Source: Polymyxa betae A26-41 (lineage: Eukaryota; Protista; Endomyxa: Phytomyxea). Taken from it: DNA of 64,000 nt. Both the position numbers and the translations under genes were made by a program. The notes beneath the pieces were generated by a model. That model worked only from the letters and a program-made list of their open reading frames with translations, made no database searches and was not told where the DNA came from. This document shows positions 61,086-64,000 of this stretch, in pieces. Positions within the stretch are counted from its first letter, which is position 1; each line of letters opens with the position of its first letter. Location: positions 124,001-188,000 of the forward strand of contig RBZT01000419.1 in assembly GCA_003693705.1 (NCBI GenBank), written 5' to 3'.

Positions 61086-62351
61086 TTACTTTAATATAAG
61101 TGAACTATTTTCAGACATGTGCATATGTCTTCTGAGATTCAATACGCGATTAGTAAATGTACTTTGAGGAGATCCTAAAAATAAATCTGATCTTGCACAG
61201 ATCTGTTGCTCAATAGCAGCTCTCATATTCTCGCTGTTCTTGCAAGGGGCAATTCTTTCGTGATCACATCCGATTTCTATATTAATGTTAATGCCAGATC
61301 GCAATTGTTCTAATTCTACATTAGCAGCATCGGTTATGATTATGACATGATGAGCAGAAGAGCTATTGATCAAATCATTTGCAGATTGAATATATGTTGA
61401 TAATGGGATCAGGCTAAGATCTGTTCTTCGAATGTGCATACAGAGAACTGGTTTAAGACGATCGGATATGACGGTACTAGCGATAGATTCAATATGGAGA
61501 CTTGGTGGTAGATCTGGAGCTGATAAAGCATTGCAATGGAACATGGCATCTCCTGTCATGAGAATTAGTTTATCGTTTAGCGATGTCACTGTAGGAACCG
61601 GGTCAAATCCAGCTTCTACAATATGGTGATGATGCTCTAGAGGAAACTTTCCGCATGAGCCATTGCCTGGGAAATTGAACTCGGCGTGATTTACTTTAGT
61701 TGTGACAAGAGGGATTGAATCATTGGTGATAGAAGCAATATAAGGTGTTAGAGACCACGGTAGAAGATAGCAATCGGTTGACCAAGAATTAGGATCTCGC
61801 AGTTGCCATGGAGCATCGTTTATGCTCTCATCACATTGATTTCGAGCATTTACCAAAGTGCCATTATATATATATTCGAGGACATCTGGATCTGGTTCTC
61901 CATAATTAAATCCACGAATAAGGCAGGGACGCTGTGCAGGGTTCAACTGCGAGCTGATAGCATTAATATTTAGAAGTTGCAACCATGATAAGCTAAAGTG
62001 ATTATCTCCTAAAACAGTTGATGGGGGATAAACCAGAACTTTTCGCCCTGTTAGTTGGGATAATTTTATAGCATAACCTAGCATGACAAGATTATTTGAT
62101 AGTCGGCCATACCCAGAATAAGCTATATATTTGTCAGCTGGTGATAAGCCAAACTGATGAGAATCTTGTACAATACGCAGAGGCTTATGTTCATGATCCA
62201 TATTATGATGATGATCTTCATGCTTGGGTTGATTTTGAATGAGTAAAATAATGGAGGACGAATATGGGTCGATATTAACAATAGACGTAATAAGAGCTAA
62301 GACAAGGACCAGCGAGATAACTAAGGTGGTAACCGTAGATGAGAGCTTCAT
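61086..62351 (-). CDS. GDP-fucose O-fucosyltransferase-like (GT-B) type II membrane protein, single exon
   Basis: N-terminal signal anchor; GRLSNNL; MHIRRTD; IITDA; EQQICARSDLFLGSPQSTFT. Confidence 0.85.
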   Translation of the reverse strand: MKLSSTVTTLVISLVLVLALITSIVNIDPYSSSIILLIQNQPKHEDHHHNMDHEHKPLRIVQDSHQFGLSPADKYIAYSGYGRLSNNLVMLGYAIKLSQLTGRKVLVYPPSTVLGDNHFSLSWLQLLNINAISSQLNPAQRPCLIRGFNYGEPDPDVLEYIYNGTLVNARNQCDESINDAPWQLRDPNSWSTDCYLLPWSLTPYIASITNDSIPLVTTKVNHAEFNFPGNGSCGKFPLEHHHHIVEAGFDPVPTVTSLNDKLILMTGDAMFHCNALSAPDLPPSLHIESIASTVISDRLKPVLCMHIRRTDLSLIPLSTYIQSANDLINSSSAHHVIIITDAANVELEQLRSGININIEIGCDHERIAPCKNSENMRAAIEQQICARSDLFLGSPQSTFTNRVLNLRRHMHMSENSSLILK

Positions 62352-62484
62352 CAGCAATAAAGCAAGTGGTGAAATGATAGGAAGAGAGGTGAAGATTTGG
62401 GGATATTTTCACCTTAGTTTATATCCATGTTAATATACCTACAACGTACAGTATCAGAGATAAGAAAAACGAAATTTGTGACAT

Positions 62485-62860
62485 AGGGCGATAGGGAACC
62501 CACTTCTCACTTATCTCCTTCATATATGTATATTGTATGGGTGATAAGGAGCTCATGTCTCACTTATCTCCTATATTTATGAGCTCATTTCTCACTTATC
62601 TCCTTCATAATGTATGGTTGATAGGGAGCTCATTTCCCACTTATCTCCTTCATATATGTATGGATGATAGAGCTCATTTCTCACTTATCTCCTTCATATA
62701 TGTATATTGTATGGGTGATAAGGAGCTCATTTCTCACTTATCTCCTATATTTATGAGCTCATTTCTCACTTATCCCCTTCATATATGTATACATGATAGG
62801 AAGCTCATTTCTCACTTATCTCCTCCATATATGTATGGATGATAGGGAGCTCATTCTCTC
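62485..62860. repeat. Compound minisatellite (core gagctcatttctcacttatctcc, about 8-9 copies, with a ~174-bp higher-order duplication)
   Basis: Cores near 62500, 62548, 62581, 62626, 62670, 62724, 62755, 62802; tattgtatgggtgataaggagctcat at 62531 and 62705. Confidence 0.9.
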
Positions 62861-63129
62861 TTGTCTGCTTCCATCATAAAAAACATCTTCATCTATGCAT
62901 ACTATTGTCAGTTTCCCGTAAGATCGCCCAAATGATCATCTGCAGAGCGCTTCAAATTCGGCAAACAAATAGGAAGCTGCATTCTGAGTAGTGAAAGCTT
63001 CCACCTGCACAGCATACTCGTTCAATTATAGAACTAGTATAGAGAAGTAATTGGAACTGAAGTAAAATTCTTTTAAATCAATATCATAACAGTTCAATGC
63101 TGATACATCCTAGCGCCTGCTTTTTTAAT

Positions 63130-64000
63130 GCCAGGTACTGTATCTCAGAATTTTATGCAGTAGTGCTGATTAAGTGCTGATATCTGAGAATTATAGAAGA
63201 GAAGTTAACCAGATCGACTAAATCGTACCATAAGCAAAGGTCCAGAACTATGCTGTCATCTGACGACAACGAACATAAACCAATAGAATCCGAAGTTGCA
63301 TTTCTGCAAAGGGCTATCGATGATCGGATAATACTTTCTGTTCGTGATCTGGAAGTAGTCAAGAATGAAATGAGAAATCGAATCCAAGAATACCGGAAAA
63401 AACTAGTTAAAGTGAAATCGTTTGGCTGAATTATAATGCAACTAAGTATTTTAAATGGGTTGTTCAGCAAACAGACTTGATCGGCAAATTACAAAATGAG
63501 AACAAGAAGTTGCAAGGTCTAGTTCAAGAATTAACAGAAGCCAAGAATACACCAGCTATGAACGATACGTATGCAGTATTGAAATTACTACCTGCATTAA
63601 ATCAAGACCAAACTACACCTGACGTTGAGGGCGAAAGAAGACGAGCTGAATTAAGTATGCACACATATGAATAAGGTCATAATGATAAGTGCCTACTGAA
63701 TTAATCACTGTAGGGAAGGAGCTTCTAGCTGGCTTAGAACTAATTGCAGAAGATGATGACGTCCAACTTAATGATGATGCAGGCAGACACACAAATGAAT
63801 CTTTAATCAACAGAATTGTTGCTCGAGTTAATGTCATCATCGACTTGCTGGATCCATTTCGTCGTGATCTTAGGTCGTCTTGTATTTAAATTGGACTCAT
63901 GTCTGAACTGAGTATGTATGCAGCTTTGTATGGTCACGATATGGATCAGGAGTCAGCTCAGTCTTCAGTCTGCTGAAATCGGCATGTCTAACTTGCCTGA
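63130..64000 (+). CDS. Partial coiled-coil hypothetical protein, multi-exon; boundaries uncertain
   Basis: Spliceable frames DLEVVKNEMRNRIQEYRKKL, LIGKLQNENKKLQGLVQEL, GKELLAGLELIAED. Confidence 0.4.

Noticed and set aside
62485-62860. CRISPR-like palindromic repeats with variable linkers
   Set aside because: Linkers are short, low-complexity and related to each other; no cas genes; a higher-order duplication explains the pattern. ORF 62537-62842 is a repeat artefact
1-64000. Alternative genetic code, or widespread pseudogenes, to explain the fragmented ORFs
   Set aside because: The breaks examined coincide with ~50-nt GT(GC)-AG introns that restore conserved motifs in the standard code

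Overview
Gene-dense nuclear DNA from a compact eukaryotic genome. Introns are mostly about 45-65 nt GT-AG, intergenic gaps are often under 300 bp, and the standard genetic code fits. Axonemal genes (CFAP52/WDR16, DRC11/IQCA1, a CDKL-type kinase) indicate a flagellated protist. A phytomyxid/plasmodiophorid-like organism is a guess from gene density, intron size and TTTTAGGG-like motifs, not a determination. About 31 protein genes can be pieced together by eye. They include housekeeping genes (RECQL4, RPC34, Mago nashi, RER1, RFT1, Yip1, CDC50, myotubularin, two J-proteins, a Kv channel), plus a MITE-like element and three tandem repeats. Exon boundaries were read manually, so multi-exon coordinates are approximate gene spans. 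Most notable: (1) a ~6.5 kb gene apparently encoding two tandem CNG/KCNH-like channel + cyclic-nucleotide-binding modules with non-GYG pores, fused to DEP-DEP-PH domains; (2) an intron-poor ZNFX1-like RNA helicase fused to a RING + Rcat-like E3 module, with its stop codon inside a perfect 6x25-bp repeat; (3) a presenilin-like protein with rewritten GxGD and PAL motifs; (4) a Cys-rich secreted protein; (5) an 11-nt micro-exon in the RecQ4 helicase core. No rRNA, tRNA or CRISPR array was recognised.
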